From the IMG/VR virus record IMGVR_UViG_3300037439_000042, positions 1-60,651 of that record: a stretch of 60,651 nt of DNA; one strand, written 5' to 3'. Shown here in pieces: positions 18,792 through 28,315 of this stretch (positions are counted from its first letter, which is position 1; each line of letters starts with the position of its first letter). This DNA comes from a virus. Lineage: Duplodnaviria; Caudoviricetes. Made by a program: the position numbers and the translations under genes. The notes below the pieces were generated by a model, which saw only the letters and a list, made by a program, of their open reading frames with translations, had not been told where the DNA came from and searched no databases.

Positions 18792-19571
18792 ATGTACCAG
18801 AGCTACGACCTGTCGCACTACCTTGAAGGCGACCTCTCGCAATCGACATCGTTCACGGTCTCGGACGACGACGCGATCAACTGCGCGCACATGCTCGCGG
18901 CCGGGTTCAACACGATCAGCCGCAAGACGATGGGCGACTTCGTGCTAGCCGTGGTCGACACGAAGGCCGGAGTCGTGCAGTACGACGGGAAGACCGAGAT
19001 GATCAACCGTCTCGAACCTTCCGGCCCGTTCACGGGGGGATCGTTCAATTTTGAAGCAACGGTGCCGCTCGATCCTTCGGCCGTGCGACTGTTCTTCGGC
19101 GACGAGGCGTACTCGTTCACGACGGTCGGGAAGGTCACGACCGACGAGCCTTCGAAGTACGCGCACGTCGCTCGCGAAGTGCTCGAAGAAGCGTACGACG
19201 AGATCGGGCACGTGAAGGCCGCGCTCGAAACGGTTGGGGTCGAGACGATCCCGCCTTCGGCCGGGGTTCGCGACCTGATCCGCCGGAACGACTTCGAGCA
19301 CAGCGCTCGCACGGCGTACGAGCAGCGGCACAACGAAGAGAACGAGGCGGCGCGCGCCGAGATGATCTCGTTCGTCAAGCGCGCCCACGCGAAGAAGGTC
19401 CGGCTGCAAACGGACGTGCCGGACGGTGACGGCCGCCCCGAACTCGACGACCGGTGGCGCGGGATGCTCGACGTGCTCGCGAAATTCCTCGTGATCACGG
19501 GCGAAGCCGACGCCGACGAGGGTCACGCCGTCGCGCGGAAGCTATGCGGGGTCGAAGCCGATGAGTTCTGA
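18792..19571 (+). CDS. Hypothetical protein
   Basis: TGATG overlap; 259-aa ORF with typical codon usage. Confidence 0.65.
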   Translation: MYQSYDLSHYLEGDLSQSTSFTVSDDDAINCAHMLAAGFNTISRKTMGDFVLAVVDTKAGVVQYDGKTEMINRLEPSGPFTGGSFNFEATVPLDPSAVRLFFGDEAYSFTTVGKVTTDEPSKYAHVAREVLEEAYDEIGHVKAALETVGVETIPPSAGVRDLIRRNDFEHSARTAYEQRHNEENEAARAEMISFVKRAHAKKVRLQTDVPDGDGRPELDDRWRGMLDVLAKFLVITGEADADEGHAVARKLCGVEADEF

Positions 19572-19824
19572 GCGCGAGACGAAGACGGCCGAGTTCATGA
19601 CCGTGCGCGGCGGCATGGGGAACGACGCCTTCGCCGCAGCCGCGAACCTCGTGAACGTCGCCCGCGCGATGTTCGCGAACGAGGGAATCAACCTGAAGAC
19701 CGTCGAAGAGTTCCGTCTCTCCGTGAAGCGGAACCACGACTTCGACGAGGTGCAAGGCGGAACGGTACTGCCCATGTGGGACACCTTCGCCGAAGTGACC
19801 TACCCGGCTCCGGCCGACGACTAG
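19561..19824 (+). CDS. Hypothetical protein
   Basis: Overlapping start; followed by a hairpin at 19837-19868. Confidence 0.6.
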   Translation: MSSERETKTAEFMTVRGGMGNDAFAAAANLVNVARAMFANEGINLKTVEEFRLSVKRNHDFDEVQGGTVLPMWDTFAEVTYPAPADD

Positions 19825-19915
19825 CAGCATAAACACGGAGGCCGGTCCCGTTCGCGGGGTCGGCCTCCCGTAGTCTTGAAGCTAATTCACTAACCACCCG
19901 TGCAAGGAATCCGCT

Positions 19916-20206
19916 ATGGACTGGAGTTCACTCTTCGCAGCTATCTACCTACTAGGCGTATTGTTCACGGCTGCTGTGACGGCGAAGCCGATTCGTCGGA
20001 TCATGGGGTGGGATCGTCCCGGCGACCACGCCGACGCCGACTCGGCGAGCGACGCTCGCATGATCGTCGCCTTCGCCGTCTGCGGCGTCGCGGCGATCTG
20101 GCCTCTCACGCTGCCGATGTACATCGCCTCACGCATCATCCCGGCTTCGGCCGAGCACGACGACGACGATCAAGGGGTCGCGCTCGTGCTCGCCGGACCG
20201 GAGTAA
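19916..20206 (+). CDS. Small membrane protein
   Basis: Two hydrophobic segments (…AAIWPLTLP). Confidence 0.6.
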   Translation: MDWSSLFAAIYLLGVLFTAAVTAKPIRRIMGWDRPGDHADADSASDARMIVAFAVCGVAAIWPLTLPMYIASRIIPASAEHDDDDQGVALVLAGPE

Positions 20207-20274
20207 GATAGAAATCGACGAGCCCCGCGTACTGCGCGGGGTTTCGTTTACTGACGACAGATGAAAGGACGATC

Positions 20275-22092
20275 ATGCTGCAAGACGTGAAATTGACCCT
20301 CGTCGAGACCATCGAAGACGTCACGGCCTGCCTTGACTGGCTATCCGGCCTCACCTGCGAGCGGCTCGGCTTCGACACGGAGTCGACCGGCTTGTCTCCC
20401 GAAGTCGACTCGGTTCGCCTCGTGCAGTTCGGCGACCGGGATACCGGGTGGGCGATCCCTATCGACCGTTGGTACGGCCTCGTCGAAGAGATTGTGAACC
20501 GGTGGCAGCGGCACGGCCGCTTCGTCGCGCACAACGCGCGGTACGACGTCGCCATGCTGCGCAAGCACGGGATTCACATCCCCGTGCACCTGGTCGACGA
20601 CACGATGATGCTCGCGCACATCGTGAACCCGACCGTCTCAGTCGGCCTGAAGCAGCAGTGCGCCCGGCACATTGACCCGCTCGCGGCTGCCATGCAGCGC
20701 AGGCTCGACGAAGTCATGACCGAGAACGGGTACACGTGGGCGACGATCCCGATCGCGCCGAGCGGGAAGTATAAAATTTATTGGGTCTATGCCGCGCTCG
20801 ACCCCGTGCTGACGGTCCGGCTGTGGGAACATCACTGGCCTGAAGTCGAGCGGGTCGCGCCGCGCGCGTACGACATTGAGCTGTCGGTCGGGTGGATCGC
20901 CGACCGCATGGAACGGCGCGGCGTGCTCATCGACCGCGCGTACACCACGGACAAGCGCCGCGAGTTCGCCGAGCTGCACGAGTCGCTCGCGAAGCGCGGG
21001 CTCGACGAGTTCGGCGTGTCGCTCGGTTCGTCGCAGCAGATCGTCGATGTGCTGCTGCGCGACGAAGTGCCGCTATGGAAGCGGACGCAAGGCGGGTGGT
21101 CGCTCGATAAGTTCGCGCTCGAAGGCATCCGGCATCCGCTCGTGCAGCTCTTGCAGGAATACAAGCGGGTCGAAAAGCTCGACTCGACGTACCTGCGCCG
21201 GTTCCTTGAGTACTCCGAACTCGACGGCCGCGTGCACCCGAATATCAACACGCTCGGGTTCAAAGAGCAGCAAGACCGGAACGCCGGGGACTTCGGCGTG
21301 GTCACGGGGCGCATGTCGATGTCGCGGCCGAACTTGCAGCAGCTTCCGCGTGTCGACGAGGATGATCCGCTGTCGATCGTGGTGCGGAACTGCGTCGTGT
21401 CCGAGCCGGGCTCGTCGTTCGTGATGTTCGACTTCGATCAGGTCGAGCTGCGGATCATGGCGCACTTGACGCAGGACCCCGGGCTTTTCGAAGCCTTCGA
21501 CCAGCCGGGCGACTTCTTTACGTTCATGACGCGCAAGGTGTACAACGATGCGGCGATCACGAAGAAGGACGCGCGCCGGGCGCTCACGAAGTCGTACGTC
21601 TACGCGTCGAACTACGGCAGCGGTACCGATCGACTTGCCCGGACCACGCATCAGCCGCTCGCCGTGATCGAGAAGCTCGCGGCCGACTACAAGGCGACGT
21701 ACGCCAACGTCCCGAAGCATCAGCGCAACGTGCAGCGCGAAGCCGCTGCGCGCTACCAGGCCGAAGGACTCGCCTACGTCACGTCGCCCATGACCGGCCG
21801 CCGGTTCATCGCCGATGATCCGCGCAAGCTCTATCCCCTGGTGAACTACCAGATTCAGGGACTCGCGGCCGAGATCATGAAGGTAAAGCTGCTCGAACTC
21901 GACGCCGCCGGATTCGGCGAGTACCTCGTGCTCGCGGTGCACGACGAGGCTATCGCCGAGATCCCCGACGACGAGGTTCCCGACGCTATCCACACGATGA
22001 ACGAGATCATGAACGACGAGAAGCTGCTGTCGCTTCCGCTCACTGCGGGCGGCGCGACCGGGAAACGATGGGCGGAAAAGCGCGATGTCTGA
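20275..22092 (+). CDS. polA: DNA polymerase I (family A) with 3'-5' exonuclease
   Basis: Exo motifs FDTESTG, HNARYD, YAALD; TGRMSMSRPNLQQLP; motif A DFDQVELR; motif B RALTKSYVYASNYG; motif C VHDE. Confidence 0.95.
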   Translation: MLQDVKLTLVETIEDVTACLDWLSGLTCERLGFDTESTGLSPEVDSVRLVQFGDRDTGWAIPIDRWYGLVEEIVNRWQRHGRFVAHNARYDVAMLRKHGIHIPVHLVDDTMMLAHIVNPTVSVGLKQQCARHIDPLAAAMQRRLDEVMTENGYTWATIPIAPSGKYKIYWVYAALDPVLTVRLWEHHWPEVERVAPRAYDIELSVGWIADRMERRGVLIDRAYTTDKRREFAELHESLAKRGLDEFGVSLGSSQQIVDVLLRDEVPLWKRTQGGWSLDKFALEGIRHPLVQLLQEYKRVEKLDSTYLRRFLEYSELDGRVHPNINTLGFKEQQDRNAGDFGVVTGRMSMSRPNLQQLPRVDEDDPLSIVVRNCVVSEPGSSFVMFDFDQVELRIMAHLTQDPGLFEAFDQPGDFFTFMTRKVYNDAAITKKDARRALTKSYVYASNYGSGTDRLARTTHQPLAVIEKLAADYKATYANVPKHQRNVQREAAARYQAEGLAYVTSPMTGRRFIADDPRKLYPLVNYQIQGLAAEIMKVKLLELDAAGFGEYLVLAVHDEAIAEIPDDEVPDAIHTMNEIMNDEKLLSLPLTAGGATGKRWAEKRDV

Positions 22093-22597
22093 ATACATCC
22101 TGATCGGGGTCGACCCCGGCAAGACGACGGGTCTCTTCGTGTACTCGAACGGACCCCGATTCGGGTTCCTTGACCGGCAGTACTTGCGCGACGAGGTCGA
22201 CGCCGAGCAGATGCCTAAGCGCATGAGCGACCTGATCGTGAAGGCGACCGACTATGTCGGGTACGGCGGCGTATACATCGCCGTCGAGCGGTACATCGTC
22301 ACGGGGCGCACGGCGAAGCTGTCGCAGCAAACCGACGCGCTCGAAGTAACGGGCATGGTCAAGGCGTTCGCGACGCTGCACACGTCGAACTCGATCCGGC
22401 AGTACATGAAGGCGAATCTCAAGTTCGCGAACGACGCCGCGCTGCGCCGTGCCGGGTGGCACTCGTCGAAGTTGGGTCACGCCACCGACGCCGCCCGGCA
22501 GGCGTACGCGCTGCTCAAAGATGTCGATTACCCCGAATGGCTCGCCGTCTCGAACGGTGCTATGATGAAATTCGACGACACGATGAAGGGACATTAG
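22085..22597 (+). CDS. RuvC-like Holliday junction resolvase
   Basis: IGVDPGKTTG, IAVERY, HATDAARQA. Confidence 0.75.
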   Translation: MSEYILIGVDPGKTTGLFVYSNGPRFGFLDRQYLRDEVDAEQMPKRMSDLIVKATDYVGYGGVYIAVERYIVTGRTAKLSQQTDALEVTGMVKAFATLHTSNSIRQYMKANLKFANDAALRRAGWHSSKLGHATDAARQAYALLKDVDYPEWLAVSNGAMMKFDDTMKGH

Positions 22598-24559
22598 ATG
22601 AACGACCTGATCGCCGAACTCGACGAGACCGGGAAGCGGATCGTCCTGCACAACACGATGTGGATGGATAAGCCGCTCATCACGCAGATTCCCGGCAAGG
22701 AATGGAAAGACGGCCGGTGGACGCTGCCGGTGTCGTGGGCGGCGTGCGTGCAGACGCGCGCGCTCTTCGGCTCCCGACTCAAGGTCGGGAAGCAGCTCGG
22801 CGAGTGGTCGCGTACCGAGAAGACGCGTCGCGACGCCGTGCTTCGCCTGCGCGACGCACGCGAGCCCGAGCCGGGGTACGTGCCCGTCAACGATCACGAC
22901 GACGTGCTGTACCCCTTCCAGATTCCCGGCGCTGAATTCCTCGTGCGTGCACGGCACGCGCTGCTCGGCGACGAGATGGGCTCGGGCAAGACGCTTCAGA
23001 CGCTCGCGGCGATGCGCCGCGTCGACATGATCCTTCCCGAGTACGGAGGCGGCGCGTACCCCGCGCTCGTCGTCGCTCCCAACTCCACTAAGCGGAATTG
23101 GGCTCGCGAAATCCGCAAGTGGCTTCCGGAGGCGAACCCCGTCGTGATCGACGGTTCGGCCGCCAAGCGTCGGAAGCAGCTCGTCGAAGCGGCCGACGTC
23201 GAGAACGCCGTGATCATCATGAACATCGAAAGCGTCAAGCTGCACTCGCGGCTCGCGCCGTACGGTTCCGTCCGCCTGAAGAAGTGCGCCGAGTGCGACC
23301 CGACCAGCGGCAATGCCGAGCTGACCCCGGCGAAGTGCGAGAGCCACGACAAGGAACTGAACTCGATCCCCTTCAAGGTCTGCGTGCTCGACGAGGCGCA
23401 CCGCGTGAAGGACCCGCGCACGCTTCAGGCGCGCGCCGTCTGGCGTGTCTTCCACGGCGAGACCGTGACGTACCGGTGGGCGCTGACGGGGACCCCCGTC
23501 GCGAACCACCCGGGCGACATCTGGTCGATTCTGCACACGATCGCCCCGAACGAGTTCCCGCGCAAGTCGGCGTTCATCGACCGGTACGCGCTCGTCGAGT
23601 ACAACGCCTTCGGCGGGATGTCGATCGTCGGGCTCAACCCGGCGACGCGCGACGAGTTCCTGTCCCTGCTCGACGTCCGCTTCCGCCGGATGCTGAAAGC
23701 GCTCGTGCTCGATCAGCTTCCCGCGAAGACGCGCGTCGTCCGCCACGTCGAGATGAGCGCGAAGCAGAAGAAGGCGTACGACGAGGTCGCGAGCGAGTAC
23801 GTGCTGACCACGGAGTCGGGCGACAAGCTCGTCATGAACGGGAATCTTCCGGCCGCGACGCGCCTGCTGCAACTGTCGTCGGCGATGTGCGACATCGACA
23901 AGGGTGAGACCCCCGACGACATGGGTTCGTGGAAGGTCACGCTCACGGACACGCCGAAGTCGCCGAAGATCGACGAACTCATGTCGATCATCGAAGACAA
24001 CCCGGACAAGCCGCTTGCTATTGCGGCCGAGCACAAGCAGCTTATTGACCTTGCCGCGCGCCGCCTCACGGCCGAAGGGATCGAGTACGGCGTGATCACG
24101 GGCGGCGTGTCCGGCGCGCAGCGTGACGAGACGATCGAAGCTTTCCAGTCCGGCAAGCTGAAGTACATCCTGTTCACTTACAAGGCGGGTGGCGTCGGCC
24201 TGAACATGACGGCCGCTGACACCCTCGTGCGGCTGCAACGTTCCTGGTCGCTCATCGACAACATGCAAGGCGAAGACCGGGTGCACCGCATCGGGTCGGA
24301 GGTGCACGAGGCGATCACGATCATCGACATCATCACGGCCGACACGGTCGAAGAGACGCAGGTCGAGAAGCTGTACGCCAAGATGCAGCGGCTCGAAGAG
24401 ATCGTGCGTGACCGTGAGCAGCTTCAGACGGCCGGGAAGTCGACGGCGCACCTTGACGCCGAAGCCGCGCGGATCGAGTCGCTCGACCTGCTCGACATCG
24501 ACGAAGAGCTGACGAAGTACGAAGACGCCATGAACGACGACATCGACGGAGGACCATGA
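22598..24559 (+). CDS. SNF2-family DNA helicase
   Basis: LGDEMGSGKT, VLDEAH, LTGTPVAN, GGVGLNMT, QGEDRVHRIG. Confidence 0.93.
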   Translation: MNDLIAELDETGKRIVLHNTMWMDKPLITQIPGKEWKDGRWTLPVSWAACVQTRALFGSRLKVGKQLGEWSRTEKTRRDAVLRLRDAREPEPGYVPVNDHDDVLYPFQIPGAEFLVRARHALLGDEMGSGKTLQTLAAMRRVDMILPEYGGGAYPALVVAPNSTKRNWAREIRKWLPEANPVVIDGSAAKRRKQLVEAADVENAVIIMNIESVKLHSRLAPYGSVRLKKCAECDPTSGNAELTPAKCESHDKELNSIPFKVCVLDEAHRVKDPRTLQARAVWRVFHGETVTYRWALTGTPVANHPGDIWSILHTIAPNEFPRKSAFIDRYALVEYNAFGGMSIVGLNPATRDEFLSLLDVRFRRMLKALVLDQLPAKTRVVRHVEMSAKQKKAYDEVASEYVLTTESGDKLVMNGNLPAATRLLQLSSAMCDIDKGETPDDMGSWKVTLTDTPKSPKIDELMSIIEDNPDKPLAIAAEHKQLIDLAARRLTAEGIEYGVITGGVSGAQRDETIEAFQSGKLKYILFTYKAGGVGLNMTAADTLVRLQRSWSLIDNMQGEDRVHRIGSEVHEAITIIDIITADTVEETQVEKLYAKMQRLEEIVRDREQLQTAGKSTAHLDAEAARIESLDLLDIDEELTKYEDAMNDDIDGGP

Positions 24560-25530
24560 ACGACATCGACCGCGTGTCGCAGTCACGCCTGAAGGATTTC
24601 CAGCGCTGCAAGCGCCGGTACTGGCTGCGACACGTGCGCCGACTCGCGCCGCGACTGCACGGGCCGGTCGGTCCGTTGCAGTCCGGAACGCGGGTGCACG
24701 AGGCGCTCGAAGCCTTCTACCGGCCGGAGTCGGTAACCGACCCCCGGCAGGCGCTCGAAGACGCGATCTCGGACGCGGCGCGCGAGTACCACGCGCAGTG
24801 CGTGAAGCTCGACGTCGAGCCTGACCCGATCGTGCTCGACAAGTTCCTGAAGGACACCGACCTAGAGCGTGCGATGGTCGAAGGGTACTTCGAGTGGCTC
24901 GCCGACACCGGGGCCGACGCCTATCTCAAGGTGATCGCGGCCGAAGAGCAGATCAGCGTCACGTCCGACCAGATCGGCGCGGAACTGGGAAAGCCCTTCG
25001 CCGTCGTCGGCAAGCTCGACGCGCGCGTGCTCGACGAGGTGAGCGGCTTTACGCAGTTCGTCGACCACAAGACCGTGCAGAATTTTTCGCAGATGCTGCC
25101 GACGTTGCAGAGCGATCCGCAGATGCTGCACTATCACCTGCTGCTGTCGATTCTGCATCCCGATCAGCATGTCGACGGCGCGCTGTACAACATGCTCCGG
25201 AAGGTCAAGCGCGGGAAGACGGCGAAGCCGCCGTTCTATCAGCGCGAGACCATCATTCACAACGCGGCCGAAGTCGAGTCGTACCGCTTGAAGCTGATCG
25301 GGCTCGTCGCGAACGTCTTCGAGTTTGAAGGCCGGATCGCGCAGCTCGGCGACATCGGCGTCAAGATGTTCGCGCAGCCGAACATGATCAAAGACTGCTC
25401 GTGGGATTGCGACTTCTTCTCGATCTGCGGCATGTTCGACGACGGGTCGCGAGTGGAAGACGCCATCGCGGATCTCTTCGAAGAGCGCGACCCGATGCAG
25501 CGGTATACGCCGTCTGTGTTAGACTTATGT
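24556..25530 (+). CDS. PD-(D/E)XK RecB/Cas4-like exonuclease (3' end uncertain; no in-frame stop until 26709)
   Basis: SQSRLKDFQRCKRRY, GTRVHEALE, GKLDAR, VDHKT, QMLHY, CSWDCDFFSIC. Confidence 0.85.
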
Positions 25531-25561
25531 AATAGATCGAGCGACAGAGAGGAGAGGATGA

Positions 25562-26353
25562 ATGGTCGAAAAGTTCAGCGAGTTCGAGACTGCGACGTTC
25601 CTTGCCTATGGCGAGACGAAGCACGGCAAGTCCTCGCTGCTTTCCACGATGCCGACACCCGGGGTCATTCTCGACACCGAAGGCAAGTGGCAATTCTTCC
25701 AGGGGCGACCGAATCCGAACCGCGACGGCGAGCCCTTCCGGCTCAAGCTGTGGAACCCAGCCGAAGCGCCGCCCACGGGAGACGATTACGACTTCGCAAT
25801 CGTGAAGATCACGAGCGCGCACGTGCTCGCGCAGACGATGCCGTGGATCGATCGCAACGATCATCCCTTCGTCTCGATCGGGCTCGACTCGCTCACGGTC
25901 GGACAAGAGCAGGGGATCGAAGCCCTGCGCAAGGTCGACGAGGACTTCCGGATTCAGGACTGGGGCGCTATCCGGCGTCGCGTACTGTCGGACCTCTCGC
26001 GGATCATGGCGCGGGTGTCGGACCCGGCGAACCCGCTTCGCGTGTTCGCTGCCACGGCGCACGGGCACACGAAAGACGGGAAGTACCGCCCGATGATGCA
26101 AGGCGGCATTCAGAACCGAATGCCGTACTCGTTCGACTCCGTGATCTGCATGAAGAAGGGCTTCGTCAAGAACGATCAGGGCATGATTGCCGACGACGCG
26201 CCTTCGGTGTTTCGCGGGATCGTCAAGGCGAATCCGAATCTCACCACGGGATCGAACTTCGAAGACCGGTTCGATCGACCCTTCTACGACAACCCGAATC
26301 TGACGCAGATGATGCGGACGATCTTCCCGGCTGCGGCCGAAACGAAAGGATAA
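25562..26353 (+). CDS. AAA/P-loop ATPase (Sak4/AAA_24-like recombination protein)
   Basis: YGETKHGKSS, ILDTEG, IGLDSLT, IQDWG, ATAH. Confidence 0.8.
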   Translation: MVEKFSEFETATFLAYGETKHGKSSLLSTMPTPGVILDTEGKWQFFQGRPNPNRDGEPFRLKLWNPAEAPPTGDDYDFAIVKITSAHVLAQTMPWIDRNDHPFVSIGLDSLTVGQEQGIEALRKVDEDFRIQDWGAIRRRVLSDLSRIMARVSDPANPLRVFAATAHGHTKDGKYRPMMQGGIQNRMPYSFDSVICMKKGFVKNDQGMIADDAPSVFRGIVKANPNLTTGSNFEDRFDRPFYDNPNLTQMMRTIFPAAAETKG

Positions 26354-26359
26354 GAGGAC

Positions 26360-26866
26360 ATGGCAGACGAAACGTGGGACGACTTCATTCGCGAGGCGAA
26401 GGAGAACTTCAACCTGCCCCCCGAAGGGGAGTACGAGTTCATCATCACGGAGACCGAAGCGAAAGTGTCGAGCGCCGGGAACCCGATGGTCCGCGTGAAG
26501 GCGAAGATCACGAGCGGTCCGCACGCCGGGAAGTCGATCAAAGACTTCTATGTGATCCGCATGGTCTCGCAGATGAAGAAGTTCATGATGCACATGAAGG
26601 CAGTCGGGATCACGCTCGACACGCTGACCACGCACAAGCCGACGATGGATCAGCTCGCGAAGGTCATGAACGGCAAGCCGTTCCGGGGCAAGGTCGTGCA
26701 CAAGAGTGACGACCGCTTCGGCGACGCCGCCGAACTGTCGTGGGCGATGATCCCTCCGGCCGGAGGTGCGGCCGAAGTGACCAGCTTCCCGGCGATCAGC
26801 GAGGCCGAGTCGCTCGGCTACGGCTCCGGCGAGACCGTCGCGGCTGCGGACGACGCGGCTTTCTAA
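26360..26866 (+). CDS. DUF669-like single-stranded DNA-binding protein
   Basis: LPPEGEYEFII...SSAGNPMV; acidic tail ending DDAAF. Confidence 0.7.
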   Translation: MADETWDDFIREAKENFNLPPEGEYEFIITETEAKVSSAGNPMVRVKAKITSGPHAGKSIKDFYVIRMVSQMKKFMMHMKAVGITLDTLTTHKPTMDQLAKVMNGKPFRGKVVHKSDDRFGDAAELSWAMIPPAGGAAEVTSFPAISEAESLGYGSGETVAAADDAAF

Positions 26867-26877
26867 GCCCGGCTCAC

Positions 26878-26909
26878 AGAGGGTGTCCGCGATGCGGGCA
26901 CCCTCTTTT
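26878..26909 (+). terminator. Intrinsic terminator
   Basis: agagggtgtccgc-gat-gcgggcaccctct followed by a T run. Confidence 0.75.
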
Positions 26910-26951
26910 GCATAAATGATAGAATCACGCCAACCTAAAGAAAGGGTGACA

Positions 26952-27644
26952 ATGGGACTCTTTACCGCACGCAACCGTCAAAAAAATCCGTTCGCCGAGC
27001 GCAAGCGCCGCGAGGCCGAGCAGAAGGCGGCCGAAGCCGAGACGGCCGCGATCCTCGCGGACGACGACGCGATGGAAGCCATCGCCGAAGCGGAGGCCGA
27101 GCCCGTCGCCGTGCCGTACGACCGCAACGCCGAGTCTGAAGAGTACGTGCAGGCCCCGGACATCTCGACCTTCGCGCCCGGCGGTATCGTCGAGCCACGC
27201 GATCTTATTCCCGTCGCGGTCGAACCGCCCGAGACTGAGACCGATCACTACATCGCGTTGCCGGTCATCAGCCCCGAGACGCAAGCGAAGATCGATGCCG
27301 TCGTGAACCACGCGATCCCGCCCGTCGCCGAGCAGGCCGAAGCCGTCCGCGCAGCCGTGGAAGGAGCAACGCCGGTTGAAACCGGAGCGATGCGCGAAGC
27401 AAACGAAGCGATCAAGCGCGGCAGGGGTCGACCACGGCCGCAGGAGACGATCGAGCGCGACAACGCTGTGCACACGCTGCTCGTCGGCGCGGACGCCGAC
27501 ACCGGCATCTCCAAGGAGTCGATCGCGGCCGAGCTGGACGAGAAGGAACAGCAGGTGTATTCGAGCCTGCGACAGCTCTCGAAAGAGGGACGCGCCGAGA
27601 ACCGGTACGTCAAGGGTCACGGGTACCGGTGGTTCGCTGCCTGA
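26952..27644 (+). CDS. DNA-binding protein: acidic linker, AT-hook-like RGRGRPR and C-terminal winged helix
   Basis: KRGRGRPRP; ISKESIAAEL...VYSSLRQLSKEGR...GYRW. Confidence 0.7.
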   Translation: MGLFTARNRQKNPFAERKRREAEQKAAEAETAAILADDDAMEAIAEAEAEPVAVPYDRNAESEEYVQAPDISTFAPGGIVEPRDLIPVAVEPPETETDHYIALPVISPETQAKIDAVVNHAIPPVAEQAEAVRAAVEGATPVETGAMREANEAIKRGRGRPRPQETIERDNAVHTLLVGADADTGISKESIAAELDEKEQQVYSSLRQLSKEGRAENRYVKGHGYRWFAA

Positions 27645-27674
27645 GCTGCGGAAACGGCGTAGGGTACCCCCGGG

Positions 27675-27703
27675 TTGCACGCTCGGGGAACCCATGCTAT
27701 TGT
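27675..27703 (+). promoter_or_regulatory. Promoter upstream of the tRNA cluster
   Basis: TTGCAC-17 nt-TATTGT; GGGTACCC at 27662-27669. Confidence 0.6.
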
Positions 27704-27746
27704 TTAATACATCAAGGCGAACACGCCGGATCGACGAGAGGATGAC

Positions 27747-27821
27747 ATGCGCACCGACAACGATTGGGACGATCTCGACTGGGAGAACGGTCAGACGATC
27801 CCCGACCCGAAGAGCCGCTAG
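27747..27821 (+). CDS. 24-aa acidic mini-protein MRTDNDWDDLDWENGQTIPDPKSR
   Basis: GACGAGAGGATGAC leader of the conserved type, just after the promoter. Confidence 0.45.
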   Translation: MRTDNDWDDLDWENGQTIPDPKSR

Positions 27822-27895
27822 AACCGATCCGAGATACGACGTGCATCGCCGCGACGATCTCGCTAGACTGCAAGAAACCGGGTTCGCCCGGGTAA

Positions 27896-27967
27896 GCCTT
27901 CGTAGCTCACTGGCAGAGCAGCGGCTTCCAAACCCGCGTGCAGGTGGTTCGATTCCATCCGGGGGTG
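27896..27967 (+). tRNA. tRNA-Trp(CCA), G-U-rich acceptor stem
   Basis: Cloverleaf; anticodon loop ttCCAaa. Confidence 0.75.
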
Positions 27968-28084
27968 CGGTGTGTTGGTCCGTACATCACTGAAGTGGTA
28001 CCTAGCGCCTTGACCAGCGTAACGGACACAACCCGCGAGCCTAGCTAGCTCGGCGGGAAAAGGGCTCCGGGTGGTTCCGGGGTA

Positions 28085-28156
28085 TCGTCACTAGCTCAAT
28101 TGGTAGAGCGAGGACCCGCGAGGGTTCGGTTCCGGGTTCGAGTCCCGGGTGACGAG
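28085..28156 (+). ncRNA. tRNA-like RNA whose anticodon loop is replaced by a GCGA tetraloop
   Basis: Perfect acceptor, D and T arms; central arm ggaccc-GCGA-gggttc. Confidence 0.75.
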
Positions 28157-28315
28157 CGGAAGCGATACCGGCTCCGAAACGGATCGGATGAACATGTCGG
28201 CCTTCATGGGGTGACGGACACGTGATTCAGGATTGACGGTTTCTGACTTGGACCTTCGGGACGTAACTCACGGGGGTGCGGACGACGAGCGTTACGGCTC
28301 GGGTGTTCGCTGCGA

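Noticed and set aside
22040-24586. Long antisense ORFs (e.g. 22040..24586, 25388..26974, 48380..49984, 53692..55251)
   Set aside because: These are typical stop-poor shadows of high-GC genes on the opposite strand, with no motifs.
24556-25530. Cas4 as evidence of a CRISPR system
   Set aside because: It is a stand-alone phage PD-(D/E)XK exonuclease in a recombination module; there are no other cas genes or arrays.
24556-26709. A genuine 717-aa protein
   Set aside because: The part after about residue 320 is Arg-rich shadow sequence overlapping two well-formed genes in another frame. It is reported as a missing-stop anomaly instead.
28085-28311. tmRNA (anticodon-less tRNA domain plus downstream structured RNA)
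   Set aside because: No G3-U70 alanine identity, the tRNA-like part is self-contained, and there is no convincing tag ORF.
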